Source: a virus (taxonomy: Duplodnaviria > Caudoviricetes). Taken from it: a stretch of DNA of 30,616 nt. This document shows positions 7,794 to 17,266 of the stretch, piece by piece. A program made the position numbers and the translations under genes. The notes beneath the pieces are model-generated. The model searched no databases. It was given only the letters and a program-made list of their open reading frames with translations, and had not been told where the DNA came from. Positions within the stretch are counted from its first letter, which is position 1. The number at the start of each line of letters is the position of its first letter. Location of the stretch: the IMG/VR virus record IMGVR_UViG_3300011335_000420, positions 1-30,616 of that record; one strand, written 5' to 3'.

Positions 7794-8651
7794 ATGGGTA
7801 TATCATCAAGCGCAGTATTGGTAGAGTTAAACGTATCTAACTGGGGTGCAAGCAAGTTAGACCGTAACGTAGCAGATACAGTGAATGCAAATCACAACGC
7901 AGCACATGACGCAAGCAAGGTCTATAAGAATCTAACAGCAGGTTCAACACTATGCTCAGACATCGGCAAGTACGCAGCTAAGATTCGCCTGTACCACAAC
8001 GAAGTAACAATGCCGTGGGCATCCAAAGGGGCAAGGCTTCTACCTACTAGCTTAGTCTTAGAGTACAAGCAGCAGATCAACAACATGAAGATTACATACG
8101 AGACGATGTGTAATAACTTCTTTACTCAGTATCCAACAATAGTAGCTAATGCACAGACACACTTAGGTGCATTGTTCAAGGCTGATGACTATCCAACGCT
8201 TGACGAGGTTAAGCAGAAGTTCGGTTTCAAGTTAGTGTTCTCACCGTTACCCGAAGCAGGTGACTGGAGATTAGATGTAGGTAACGAGGACTTGCGTGAG
8301 TTAGCCGCAAGCTACGAAGCTGACTTCAATGATCGATTAGCTGAAGCAGTACGTGCCCCGTGGGATAAGTTACATAAAGAATTAACAGCACTATCCGCTA
8401 AGTTGAAAGACGATGCTACTGACCCTGACAAGAAGAAACGATACCACGATAGCTTGCTTGAGAATCCTCAAGAGTTGTGTCGCCTACTTACTCACTTGAA
8501 TGTAACCAATGACCCTAAGTTAGAGGAAGCAAGACGTGACCTTGAACGTGCCCTAGTAGGTGTAGATATCGAGGACATCAAAGAGTACGAGACTGCACGT
8601 AGCGATGTGAAGAAACGTGTCGATGCAATCTTAGATAAGTTCGATTGGTAA
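7794..8651 (+). CDS. DUF3150-like protein (usual partner of the phage AAA/vWA module)
   Basis: 285 aa; T.PW...GARLLP and DYP....+..KF.F motifs; helical C-terminus; gene context. Confidence 0.6.
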   Translation: MGISSSAVLVELNVSNWGASKLDRNVADTVNANHNAAHDASKVYKNLTAGSTLCSDIGKYAAKIRLYHNEVTMPWASKGARLLPTSLVLEYKQQINNMKITYETMCNNFFTQYPTIVANAQTHLGALFKADDYPTLDEVKQKFGFKLVFSPLPEAGDWRLDVGNEDLRELAASYEADFNDRLAEAVRAPWDKLHKELTALSAKLKDDATDPDKKKRYHDSLLENPQELCRLLTHLNVTNDPKLEEARRDLERALVGVDIEDIKEYETARSDVKKRVDAILDKFDW

Positions 8652-8674
8652 TGTGGAAGAAAAGGATAATTAAT

Positions 8675-9040
8675 ATGGGATACCGAAGCGATGTAGTAGC
8701 ACTGCTATACACAAACAAACCCGAGCACTTACCACTACTTAAGTTATGGCTAACAGCTAACTTCCCCTTAAAAACATTTGAGAAGAGTATCAAGTGGTTC
8801 GATAGAGGGATCATACTTAAGGAAGAACATGTTAAGTGGTATGACGATGACAAAGATGTTCTAGCATTTAACGAAGCAGTACATAAGTTTGTTGAAGAGT
8901 TCTGTGAAGCTAAGGGAGCGTTCGATGGTGCGTATGAGTTCATGCGTGTAGGTGAATCGGAAGATGATATAGAGAGTGATTGTTGTGGTGACTACGACTA
9001 CTTACTTAGCCTAGAACGATCAATCAATATAGATATTTAA
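8675..9040 (+). CDS. Conserved phage hypothetical protein (MGYRSDV... type)
   Basis: Start at MGYRSDVV after AAGGA; KWY and RVGE..DD+E motifs. Confidence 0.8.
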   Translation: MGYRSDVVALLYTNKPEHLPLLKLWLTANFPLKTFEKSIKWFDRGIILKEEHVKWYDDDKDVLAFNEAVHKFVEEFCEAKGAFDGAYEFMRVGESEDDIESDCCGDYDYLLSLERSINIDI

Positions 9041-9051
9041 GGGAGAATAAT

Positions 9052-9933
9052 ATGACCTATAGAAACAGTGGAATACAACGCTTGCGTGATTATAAGCAAG
9101 CAATGGAATGGTATGAAGCAACACCACCTATCAAAGGTACAGGTAGGAACGGAGGGCTAAAGCCTTTAGGACATCGTAACCGTACACACTTTCAAATACT
9201 CAAGGGTACAGATAACGAGATCAAGTGCAGACTATATGACACCGATGTTGTTACGTTCTACCCTGATGACACAATCAAGATTATCAATGATAAATATACA
9301 ACACAAACAACAGCTAACTTTATAGAAGATGTGTTAGGTATATTCGCAGCAGTACAAGATCATGACATCGTAGTAGGCATACATGGTATGCGTTATCGCT
9401 TAGGTGATGGTGTGGTAATGAAGCGTGACGAGCAAGGCATACTGCGGGTACTTAAGGTTGACAAAGCATACGTACACATTATTAACCGCAAGGTTATGGC
9501 TAAGCTACGCAACAACGTCAAAGACTTCATGCAGTATCTTAACGGTAGCATCAAGATCAGAGACAACGGTAGGTTTAATGAGGAAGAGAAGGAAGCATTG
9601 TTAGAACATCTTGGCATGGATGACTATGGCTTTGGTCTTGCTTGTATACCCACATGGCGCACTGAAACAGAAGAGCTACGTAAAAGATTGGGTACGTTCT
9701 TTGATATGGTCAAGAGTGGGGACATGGAGAACTGGTATAGGGCTTCTTGTTGGATGGCTTTCTCGCAATACACGTGGGTTAAAGCAATTAGCCTAACACC
9801 AAAACAAGCTAAGATTATTATGGATAACTTCATACTTGCAGTATACCCAGAAGCACTAACTAAAATAGAAGTACCAGAAGGTACGGTTAAACGTGATCGT
9901 TATAGACAAGTAGCGTTAATGAGTGGAGCTTAA
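9052..9933 (+). CDS. Hypothetical protein (293 aa)
   Basis: RBS AGGGAGAATAA; long ORF. Confidence 0.85.
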   Translation: MTYRNSGIQRLRDYKQAMEWYEATPPIKGTGRNGGLKPLGHRNRTHFQILKGTDNEIKCRLYDTDVVTFYPDDTIKIINDKYTTQTTANFIEDVLGIFAAVQDHDIVVGIHGMRYRLGDGVVMKRDEQGILRVLKVDKAYVHIINRKVMAKLRNNVKDFMQYLNGSIKIRDNGRFNEEEKEALLEHLGMDDYGFGLACIPTWRTETEELRKRLGTFFDMVKSGDMENWYRASCWMAFSQYTWVKAISLTPKQAKIIMDNFILAVYPEALTKIEVPEGTVKRDRYRQVALMSGA

Positions 9934-9934
9934 C

Positions 9935-10795
9935 ATGGCATATAGATACCCAAATGTAATATCAAATACAAAGTACACATCGTACGGCGAAACAAAAGAC
10001 ATAGATGTACACGAGGACATAGTACCATTCATAGATGCCCTAGCCGTGAAGTATCCGCAGTGGGAGTTTGTCACTGATGGAGTTAGATACACGGGTAAAG
10101 AAAATGAGATAGTAAAGTCAATTAGGTTTAAAGTATATAACGATGCTAACCCACGTGAGCAAGTAGGTGAGATTAAAGGCGACTATAAGTATAACAATGA
10201 TGGTAATAGAGTGCCGTCATATATAGTGTACAACCAGAGACTAGCGCATGATAGGGAGCGTGGTCATTATCTTGAGACTACTAAGTTACCTGTAGCTATG
10301 AAAGCTGTACATAAATACTTCAACCCTCCACCCGTTACAGCCCTGCTTGAACAAGTAATGACAAGAGGTGTAGGTCAGTTCAATCACTTGGTGGCACACA
10401 AGGAAAGGTTAGCAAGGAACACTGAGTACCAATTGCAAGTATCTAAGGAAGAGTTTATCAAGGCTAACTGGGACAAGTACTTAGGTAGTCTAGCTGATAC
10501 GTTACTAAATGTAGCCCACAAGTACAAAGAAGAGTTCGATGAATACCTGCGCCTGTTCAATGTACAAAGAAATAATTATGCTCTTGCAGTTGTCATACAG
10601 AATGATAAATATGTGGTATCCTGTAACGACAAGATAACTACCTACGATGTAAACACTATCCCGATTGATCTAAGAGCGCAGTTAGGTCTGCTCAAATTGA
10701 TAGAGGAAGGTGAGGTGTTAGAGGATGTAGGTGTACGTACTAAAGATGGTTTCCTAGTATTTTTACCTAAGGATAAGAAAGATGAAGTGTCCTAA
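9935..10795 (+). CDS. Hypothetical protein (286 aa)
   Basis: Start reassigned to ATG 9935 after GGAGCTTAAC. Confidence 0.85.
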   Translation: MAYRYPNVISNTKYTSYGETKDIDVHEDIVPFIDALAVKYPQWEFVTDGVRYTGKENEIVKSIRFKVYNDANPREQVGEIKGDYKYNNDGNRVPSYIVYNQRLAHDRERGHYLETTKLPVAMKAVHKYFNPPPVTALLEQVMTRGVGQFNHLVAHKERLARNTEYQLQVSKEEFIKANWDKYLGSLADTLLNVAHKYKEEFDEYLRLFNVQRNNYALAVVIQNDKYVVSCNDKITTYDVNTIPIDLRAQLGLLKLIEEGEVLEDVGVRTKDGFLVFLPKDKKDEVS

Positions 10796-11102
10796 GTGTG
10801 GCGATGAGCATACTAAAGTAACGCAGACTGAGAAGCGTGGCACGGGGGTGTGGCGCAGACGCAAGTGCGTGGAGTGTAGTCATAACTTCCAATCATTTGA
10901 GGATTTGTATACCCCCAAACAGCGTACACAGAAAGCACCTGTACTACCTAAGATGCACAGTGATAAGAAGCAACCCGCAATGCCCAAGAAGGACAAAGAT
11001 CTAATCAAGAAGATTAAGACTGAGATTAGACATAAGCACGAAGATAGAAGAAGTAAAGTAGCAGACTATTACATCGAAGATGATTACGATGATATTTACT
11101 AA
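10782..11102 (+). CDS. NrdR-like N-terminal zinc-ribbon protein lacking ATP-cone
   Basis: MKCPKCG...TKV......RRRKCVEC...F.SFE matches the NrdR Zn-ribbon pattern; basic then acidic tail. Confidence 0.75.
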   Translation: MKCPKCGDEHTKVTQTEKRGTGVWRRRKCVECSHNFQSFEDLYTPKQRTQKAPVLPKMHSDKKQPAMPKKDKDLIKKIKTEIRHKHEDRRSKVADYYIEDDYDDIY

Positions 11103-11116
11103 CCAAAGGAGCTAAT

Positions 11117-11401
11117 ATGTTAATTGAACAACAGCAGGTCTATCTACAATCCGTAGCTAAGCATGGGGTAGATGAGATTGATAAGGTAACTAGAATGTTA
11201 CAGCGCATGAGTCCAGAGTTATTCTTAAACGAGTCTAAGGCTGTTATGAAAGAGCGTAAGTTCTTTGACCAACCTGCGTCACTTAAAGCAGGTGATGACT
11301 ATGCTAGCCACGAGGTAGACATGGTTGATGGACACGAGCGTTACGCTATACATGAAGCACGTAGTATCAAAATCTTACGTAGAGGGATGGGATACAAATG
11401 A
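11117..11401 (+). CDS. Hypothetical protein
   Basis: RBS AAAGGAGCTAA. Confidence 0.8.
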   Translation: MLIEQQQVYLQSVAKHGVDEIDKVTRMLQRMSPELFLNESKAVMKERKFFDQPASLKAGDDYASHEVDMVDGHERYAIHEARSIKILRRGMGYK

Positions 11402-11751
11402 ACGAGCAAACAGAAAACATAGATGAATTAGAGGATGTAGAAGCTATAGATGACAAGGAAGAAAAGCTATTCGCTAAGGAGATAGAGAGACAAAAGTCTT
11501 TAGCCCTTGAAGAATCTAAGGTAGCACGGGATGAATTCGTAGTGTGGTATCAAAGCACTATAGCTAAGGAAGTAGCATGGGATCATCCTGTTACTAACTT
11601 AATGTATCACGCATGGATAGCGTCACATGGTGAGAAGAAGTGGGAGTCACAAGAGAGTATAGAGAAACGCAAACTCGTTAGGTTAAAACGAGCTGAGACT
11701 CTAGCTAAGAATAAAGCATTAAAGGCTGAAAAGGAGAAACGACATGGCTGA
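11398..11751 (+). CDS. Hypothetical charged protein
   Basis: ATGA overlap; ORF track. Confidence 0.75.
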   Translation: MNEQTENIDELEDVEAIDDKEEKLFAKEIERQKSLALEESKVARDEFVVWYQSTIAKEVAWDHPVTNLMYHAWIASHGEKKWESQESIEKRKLVRLKRAETLAKNKALKAEKEKRHG

Positions 11752-11944
11752 TAGATTTGACTTAGAACATAACATACTTAATTGCTGGGGCATCACCGAT
11801 GAGATGAAGATGCTTGATGAGCAAGGGGCTAGCGTTGCTGATATGAGATGCTTGATAACCCTGTATGAGTATAAGTTCCAGAAGTTATGGTCTGTGTTCG
11901 AGGATATGGTACACGAGGGCAAGTTTAAGAAGCGGGAGGAGTGA
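11744..11944 (+). CDS. Conserved phage hypothetical protein (DRFDLE...CW type)
   Basis: RBS AAGGAGAA; DRFDLE..I..CW.ITD and LYEYKFQKLW..FE. Confidence 0.8.
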   Translation: MADRFDLEHNILNCWGITDEMKMLDEQGASVADMRCLITLYEYKFQKLWSVFEDMVHEGKFKKREE

Positions 11945-12105
11945 TGCGCTTCTGGGTATACGACGAGGACAACGTGTTGGTTCGCAAGTTCTGGGATAAG
12001 TTTTCCGCAGAGAAGTTCTTGCAAGACGGATGGAGAATCGAAGTACAACCAATACAGAAGAAGCAGTTACCTACACCTGATACACATGGAGAAGCGAGAT
12101 GGTGA
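11944..12105 (+). CDS. Hypothetical protein (53 aa)
   Basis: Manual translation MRFWVYDEDNVLVRKFWDK...GEARW; SD GGAGGAG; TGATG overlap. Confidence 0.75.
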   Translation: MRFWVYDEDNVLVRKFWDKFSAEKFLQDGWRIEVQPIQKKQLPTPDTHGEARW

Positions 12106-12106
12106 T

Positions 12107-12298
12107 ATGACATACGAAACTGGATGGAAGCAAACACCTGAGATGAAAGCAATAGAGCAACACCGCATAGAAATGTTTGAACGCTTAGAGAGAGAAAGGA
12201 AACGTGACTTGCGTAGGGCGGAGGTAGCACTTGGTGTATCAGTTTTTCTCATAGTGTTAGCCCCTCTTATACCTTTAATTGTGAGGGCTTTTAGATGA
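12107..12298 (+). CDS. Small protein with C-terminal TM helix
   Basis: MTYETGW...VALGVSVFLIVLAPLIPLIVRAFR. Confidence 0.7.
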   Translation: MTYETGWKQTPEMKAIEQHRIEMFERLERERKRDLRRAEVALGVSVFLIVLAPLIPLIVRAFR

Positions 12299-12504
12299 CA
12301 AGCAAAGAAATAGAAGAACTCGCAGGGCATAGACAAGTACCTGCATGGGTTGTGAAGTTAGTTGCTGATGCTGTAGCAGCACAAAAGAAAGAATGGGTAG
12401 GTATTAGCGAAGAACAGTATGAATACATTAGGAAAACTAATGGAGATGATTTTTATTTCTTTGCGTACGCAATTGAACAAGACTTAAAGGAGAAGAACAC
12501 ATGA
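12295..12504 (+). CDS. Hypothetical protein with phage 'WVG+..E...FA.AIE..LKEKNT' module
   Basis: ATGA overlap; C-terminal LKEKNT motif. Confidence 0.8.
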   Translation: MTSKEIEELAGHRQVPAWVVKLVADAVAAQKKEWVGISEEQYEYIRKTNGDDFYFFAYAIEQDLKEKNT

Positions 12505-12725
12505 AAGAAAAGATTATGAACGACTTAGCTACAATTTGGTTAGGGATTATGGGTTTTTGTTTAGCTGCAATTATATGTAAGCTTACCTATGATTTTGTAG
12601 GCGCACCAAATGTATTTGCAAAGAAAGAAGGAGTGCTAACACAAAGACAAATGGATGACATGTGCGTAGCATGGTGGTTTGATTCCGACTTAACCGCAGC
12701 TAGAAAGCGAGTGTGTGGAAAATGA
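12501..12725 (+). CDS. Small membrane-anchored protein
   Basis: N-terminal hydrophobic helix; C.AWWF...RVC motif; RBS AAGGAGAA. Confidence 0.75.
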   Translation: MKEKIMNDLATIWLGIMGFCLAAIICKLTYDFVGAPNVFAKKEGVLTQRQMDDMCVAWWFDSDLTAARKRVCGK

Positions 12726-12829
12726 CTTGGATACAAGGTATGTTCATATTCATAGGTATGCTGTTTGGTGTAGCCTTAAGCGCATTTGCAGCGTGGTGTA
12801 TACTTTATAAATTTTTTAATCAGGAGTAG
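12722..12829 (+). CDS. Small membrane peptide (35 aa)
   Basis: MTWIQGMFIFIGMLFGVALSAFAAWCILYKFFNQE; ATGA overlap. Confidence 0.6.
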   Translation: MTWIQGMFIFIGMLFGVALSAFAAWCILYKFFNQE

Positions 12830-12833
12830 AAGT

Positions 12834-13022
12834 ATGTCAACCGTAGTAACAAGGCAGTCTAAAAAGATACGTATGAAGTCTATGACTATCCGAGTACCAG
12901 AACATATCATCGAACACTTTAGAGACAACTATTCTAACGGTAGTAAGAAGGTACGAGAAGTATTAGAAGCCTTTATACAATCACAAGGAGCTAAGAGTGA
13001 GAAAGCAAAAGCCAAAACATGA
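12834..13022 (+). CDS. Ribbon-helix-helix DNA-binding protein
   Basis: MTIRVPEHIIEHFR....GSKKVREVLEAFI resembles BrnA/Arc-type RHH; SD AGGAG. Confidence 0.65.
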   Translation: MSTVVTRQSKKIRMKSMTIRVPEHIIEHFRDNYSNGSKKVREVLEAFIQSQGAKSEKAKAKT

Positions 13023-13215
13023 TGTAGTTAATAACCCTGACCACTACACAGCAGGTGGTATAGAGACTATTGATTTCATAGAAGCTAAAGAATTAGACTA
13101 TCACTTGGGTAACGTAGTTAAGTATGTTAGTCGTGCAGGTAAGAAGAGTGCAGATAGTTTAGAGGATTTAAAGAAAGCACAATGGTATTTAAATCGAGCT
13201 ATACAGAAGAGGTAA
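12997..13215 (+). CDS. DUF3310 (SaV / T7 gp1.7-like) protein
   Basis: VNNPDHYT.GGIETID.I...GNVVKY.SRAGKK...EDLKKA.WYL. Confidence 0.9.
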   Translation: MRKQKPKHDVVNNPDHYTAGGIETIDFIEAKELDYHLGNVVKYVSRAGKKSADSLEDLKKAQWYLNRAIQKR

Positions 13216-13217
13216 TC

Positions 13218-13514
13218 ATGGCTATGACACCCGAAGCAAAAGTAAAAGCGCAAGTAGTTAAGCTACTAAGAAGATACGACGCATACTATTTTTTCCCCGC
13301 AGCAAATGGCTACGGACGTGCGGGTATACCTGACATCATCTCTTGTGTTAACGGTAAGTTCATAGCTATAGAGTGCAAGGCAGGGAGCAATACAACCACA
13401 GCACTACAGAAAAAAGAGCTTGATGAGATTCAAGAAGCTAAAGGTATAGCCGCAGTGATTAACGAAACCAACATAGACCTAATAGAGCAGATACTAAAGG
13501 AGCTTACACAATGA
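13218..13514 (+). CDS. VRR-NUC nuclease (Holliday junction resolvase-like)
   Basis: TPEAKVK, GIPDII, IECKAG, TALQ. Confidence 0.9.
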   Translation: MAMTPEAKVKAQVVKLLRRYDAYYFFPAANGYGRAGIPDIISCVNGKFIAIECKAGSNTTTALQKKELDEIQEAKGIAAVINETNIDLIEQILKELTQ

Positions 13515-13942
13515 GCGAAGAATTTTGCGATGGAGTAAAGATTCTACTTAAACGTATGGAGTCTAACCCTGAGGAGTTTAAGGGGGCAGATAATAAATGG
13601 CATAACTTGATACCCAAAGGAATTGGTGGGTACGTAGACTGGAGTCATGCACTAACAGAAGAAGAAACAAAAGCATTAGCTGAAGGTGTACGTAAGATAC
13701 ATAGAGTTGTATACACCGAGAAGGTTATGTCTACGCTGCTATATAGTACGGAAGAGGAAAATGTAATGAATGCGGTTGAATCGGGTGGGAGAGTAAGTAT
13801 TGATCGATATAAAGCAGGGGCAATACACCCCTTACCTATCAACCCATATCAAAACGCATATTCATACCAAGAACAAACAACCACAGAAGTAAAGAAACCA
13901 ACACTAGGTGAGATGTTAAAAGCAAAGTTAGCCATACTATGA
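13511..13942 (+). CDS. Hypothetical protein (143 aa)
   Basis: RBS AAAGGAGCTT; GV.ILL.RM..NPEEF motif. Confidence 0.8.
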   Translation: MSEEFCDGVKILLKRMESNPEEFKGADNKWHNLIPKGIGGYVDWSHALTEEETKALAEGVRKIHRVVYTEKVMSTLLYSTEEENVMNAVESGGRVSIDRYKAGAIHPLPINPYQNAYSYQEQTTTEVKKPTLGEMLKAKLAIL

Positions 13943-15765
13943 AAATAATCGCACTTGACTTTGAGACTTACTACGACAAAGAGTTTAGTCTATCAAAGAT
14001 AACTACTGAAGAATACATCCGTGACAAACGGTTCGAAACTATAGGAGTGGGGATAAAGGAGGATGGAAAAGATGCTGAATGGTTTAGCGGAACACAGACC
14101 CAGATTGAGAGCTATCTCCAGTCACTCAATCTTGAACAACACCTTGTACTGGCTCACAACGCTATGTTTGATGCCGCTATACTTAGTTGGCGTTTTGGGA
14201 TTAGTCCTCGGGGGTGGCTCGATACGCTTAGCATGGCACGTGCACTACACACTATTGAAGTGGGTGGAAGCCTTGCTGCGCTTGCCGAGTATTATGAGCT
14301 TGGTAAGAAGGGAACGGAGGTTGTCAATGCACTCGGTAAAAGACGTGTGGACTTCACCGCCCAAGAGCTAGCAGAGTATGGTGAGTACTGCAAGAACGAC
14401 TGCCACTTAACACTAGAGCTATTCAAGATACTGTCACAGGGTTACGACAAGGATGAGCTTAAGCTTATTGACTTGACCATACGTATGTTTAGTGAACCGG
14501 TGTTGCGGTTAGATGGAAGTGTATTAATTGAACATCTACACCACGTTAAGCTTAACAAAGAAGAGTTAATGAATGCGGTTGAATCGGTTGGTAGGGATCA
14601 ACTCATGTCTAACGATAAGTTTGCTGAGATGTTAAGGAAGCTACAGGTTGAACCACCTACAAAGGTAAGTGCTGCTACAGGTAAGGAAGCCTATGCGTTT
14701 GCTAAGACTGACGAAGAGTTCAAAGCTTTACTAGAACATCAAGACCCACGAGTACAAACTCTTGTAGCTGCGAGACTAGGTGTTAAGTCTACGATCGAAG
14801 AAACAAGAACCCAACGCTTTATTGACATTGCCTCCCGTGGATGTATGCCAGTTCCCCTACGCTACTATGCGGCTCACACAGGACGGTGGGGTGGTGACGA
14901 GAAAGTTAATTTACAAAACCTTCCCAGAAATTCTCCTATTAAGTACGCTATTTATGCACCACGTGACCACTTAATGATTGACTCTGACTCTTCACAGATT
15001 GAAGCACGAACACTTGCTTGGTTAGCTGAGCAGAATGATCTTGTCGATGCTTTTGATAGGGGCGAAGATGTATATAAGAAGATGGCAGCTGCCATTTATA
15101 ATAAAGCGGAAGATGACATTACTAAGAACGAGAGGTTTGTTGGTAAGACAACGATTCTTGGGGCAGGGTACGGTATGGGCGCGGCTAAGTTCCAGACACA
15201 GCTTAAGACATTTGGGGTGCAGGTTGACGAAGATGAATGCAAGAGGATCATACAGGTCTATCGGCAGACTTACCCAAAGATACCTGAGTTCTGGAGAGCT
15301 GCGGGTAAAGCGCTAGATTGTATAAAAGACAACACACTATCTACACTAGGTCGTGACGGTATTTTAGTAATTGAAGGCAGCAAAGGAATCAAGTTACCGA
15401 ACGGTATGTACCTTAAATATCCGAACCTACGCAAGGTAATTAAGGAGGACGGTAATACAGAAATGGTGTATGATACGAAGAAGGGTAGAGCAATTATACC
15501 TAACAGGATATACGGCGGTAAGGTAACAGAGAACGTATGTCAAGCATTAGCAAGAATAGTTATTGGTAAGCAGATGTTATTGATAGCTAAGAAGTACAAA
15601 GTCGTGATGACTGTGCATGATGCGATAGCTTGTATCGTACCTATAGAAGAAGTAAAAAATGCACAAGAGTTTGTTGAGATGTGCATGAAGATAAGACCTG
15701 AGTGGGGTATGGACTTACCCTTGAACTGTGAAGCTGGAAACGGCATGAGTTATGGAGCGTGTTGA
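13939..15765 (+). CDS. polA: Family A DNA polymerase with 3'-5' exonuclease
   Basis: Exo I LDFET, Exo II HNAMFD, Exo III YCKND, HTGRWGG..NLQN, motif A DSSQIEAR, motif B RFVGKTTILGAGYG, motif C VHDA. Confidence 0.95.
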   Translation: MKIIALDFETYYDKEFSLSKITTEEYIRDKRFETIGVGIKEDGKDAEWFSGTQTQIESYLQSLNLEQHLVLAHNAMFDAAILSWRFGISPRGWLDTLSMARALHTIEVGGSLAALAEYYELGKKGTEVVNALGKRRVDFTAQELAEYGEYCKNDCHLTLELFKILSQGYDKDELKLIDLTIRMFSEPVLRLDGSVLIEHLHHVKLNKEELMNAVESVGRDQLMSNDKFAEMLRKLQVEPPTKVSAATGKEAYAFAKTDEEFKALLEHQDPRVQTLVAARLGVKSTIEETRTQRFIDIASRGCMPVPLRYYAAHTGRWGGDEKVNLQNLPRNSPIKYAIYAPRDHLMIDSDSSQIEARTLAWLAEQNDLVDAFDRGEDVYKKMAAAIYNKAEDDITKNERFVGKTTILGAGYGMGAAKFQTQLKTFGVQVDEDECKRIIQVYRQTYPKIPEFWRAAGKALDCIKDNTLSTLGRDGILVIEGSKGIKLPNGMYLKYPNLRKVIKEDGNTEMVYDTKKGRAIIPNRIYGGKVTENVCQALARIVIGKQMLLIAKKYKVVMTVHDAIACIVPIEEVKNAQEFVEMCMKIRPEWGMDLPLNCEAGNGMSYGAC

Positions 15766-16035
15766 ATGAGAACATTTAGTATACGTGACAGAATTAGAGG
15801 ATTGTTTGAAGCTAGAGGTGATATTACGCTAGTTAGTAGACCCGAAGTAGACCCCCGCACTCGCATAACTATGTATAACGCAATTAACGGTAAGGTTATA
15901 GAGGTAGCTACGTACGATCCTAAACCACACTCACATGACCCTGATTGGGACTATGAGTTCTATGTTATACCAGAAGGTGAATCACTTAGTGCGGCTGTAT
16001 CTACAGTAATGACGATGAAGGGTCTAACCAAATGA
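15766..16035 (+). CDS. Hypothetical protein, paralog of the next gene
   Basis: Shares NG++.E+AT...DWD.EFY.IPEGE.LS.A with 16032-16319. Confidence 0.8.
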   Translation: MRTFSIRDRIRGLFEARGDITLVSRPEVDPRTRITMYNAINGKVIEVATYDPKPHSHDPDWDYEFYVIPEGESLSAAVSTVMTMKGLTK

Positions 16036-16319
16036 TAAAGCTTATTAAAAGATGGTTAACTGCACAAACGATGCAGATGGAATCAACAGTTACCCAAGAC
16101 TATAAACATCTAAGCCCACACAACACTAACCCGTCGCTTAAGGTTTCTTTGTATCACGGGCTTAACGGTAGGATACTAGAGATAGCAACGCACTCGACTG
16201 TAACCCAAGGCAGCTTTAAACATTCTGATTGGGACTTTGAATTTTATTCTATCCCTGAGGGCGAGACACTAAGTACTGCTATAGCTACTGCGTTTACTCT
16301 AAAGGAACTTTCAAAGTGA
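16032..16319 (+). CDS. Hypothetical protein, paralog of the previous gene
   Basis: As above; ATGA overlap. Confidence 0.8.
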   Translation: MIKLIKRWLTAQTMQMESTVTQDYKHLSPHNTNPSLKVSLYHGLNGRILEIATHSTVTQGSFKHSDWDFEFYSIPEGETLSTAIATAFTLKELSK

Positions 16320-16987
16320 CAGTGCCAGCTTGGTCTTACAGCAGCATCAAAACTTTCGATCAATGCCCAAAGAAGTATTACCACTTACGGATACTAAAAG
16401 ATGTCAAAGATTCGGACACGACTGCAACGGTCTACGGTAAGGAGCTTCATAAGGCGGCGGAAGACTTTATCAGAGACGGAACGCCAATACCCCCTCGTTT
16501 CAGCTTTGTGGCAGATGTTTTGGGTGCGCTTCAGAAGATCGAGGGTGAGAAGCACTGTGAGATTAAGATGGGAATTGCAAAGAAAGACGGAGAGTTCACA
16601 CCATGTGAGTTCTTTGACAAAGATGTATGGTGGCGAGGTATAGCTGACTTACTTATAGTACAAGGTGAGAAAGCTTTCTTAGTCGATTATAAAACCAGTA
16701 AGAATGCGAAGTACGCAGATACTAAACAGCTAGACTTGCTTGCAGGGGCAGTGTTCACGCATTACCCTCAGGTTAAAACCATAAAGTCGGCACTGTTGTT
16801 TGTAGTAAGTAACGAGGTGGTACAGAAAGAGCATGATGCTTTATTTAGAACCGCCTATCTATCAGCGATGCAACCAGAGTTAACAAGACTGGAAGCCGCA
16901 ATTAATAACGATGTATGGAACCCCAATTCTGGTCCGCTATGTAAGTTCTGCCCAGTCGTGGAGTGTCCGCATAATAGAAGAGGTTAA
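16316..16987 (+). CDS. PD-(D/E)XK Cas4/RecB-like exonuclease
   Basis: WSYS....FDQCP, G..LH, GIADL, VDYKT, QL, C-terminal CKFCP...C (four Cys, Fe-S-like). Confidence 0.9.
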   Translation: MTVPAWSYSSIKTFDQCPKKYYHLRILKDVKDSDTTATVYGKELHKAAEDFIRDGTPIPPRFSFVADVLGALQKIEGEKHCEIKMGIAKKDGEFTPCEFFDKDVWWRGIADLLIVQGEKAFLVDYKTSKNAKYADTKQLDLLAGAVFTHYPQVKTIKSALLFVVSNEVVQKEHDALFRTAYLSAMQPELTRLEAAINNDVWNPNSGPLCKFCPVVECPHNRRG

Positions 16988-16989
16988 TC

Positions 16990-17265
16990 ATGCCGTACGT
17001 AAATAAGAAGCGCCCTTACAAAAAAGAATATGAGCAACAAGTAGAACGTGGTGAACACGAGACAAGAATGGATAGACAACGTGCTCGTAACGAGATGGAC
17101 AAGAAAGGTATAGACCGCACGGGTAAGGATATAGATCATACTGTGCCCCTATCTAAGGGTGGTACTAATGCACCATCTAACCTAAAACTAAAATCGCCTA
17201 GTGCTAACAGATCGTTTAGTCGTAACTCAGACCATACGGTTAAAGTAAACAAACCTAAAAAATAA
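16990..17265 (+). CDS. HNH endonuclease (small)
   Basis: KDIDH..PLSKGGTN..SNL......NRS. Confidence 0.85.
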   Translation: MPYVNKKRPYKKEYEQQVERGEHETRMDRQRARNEMDKKGIDRTGKDIDHTVPLSKGGTNAPSNLKLKSPSANRSFSRNSDHTVKVNKPKK

Positions 17266-17266
17266 A

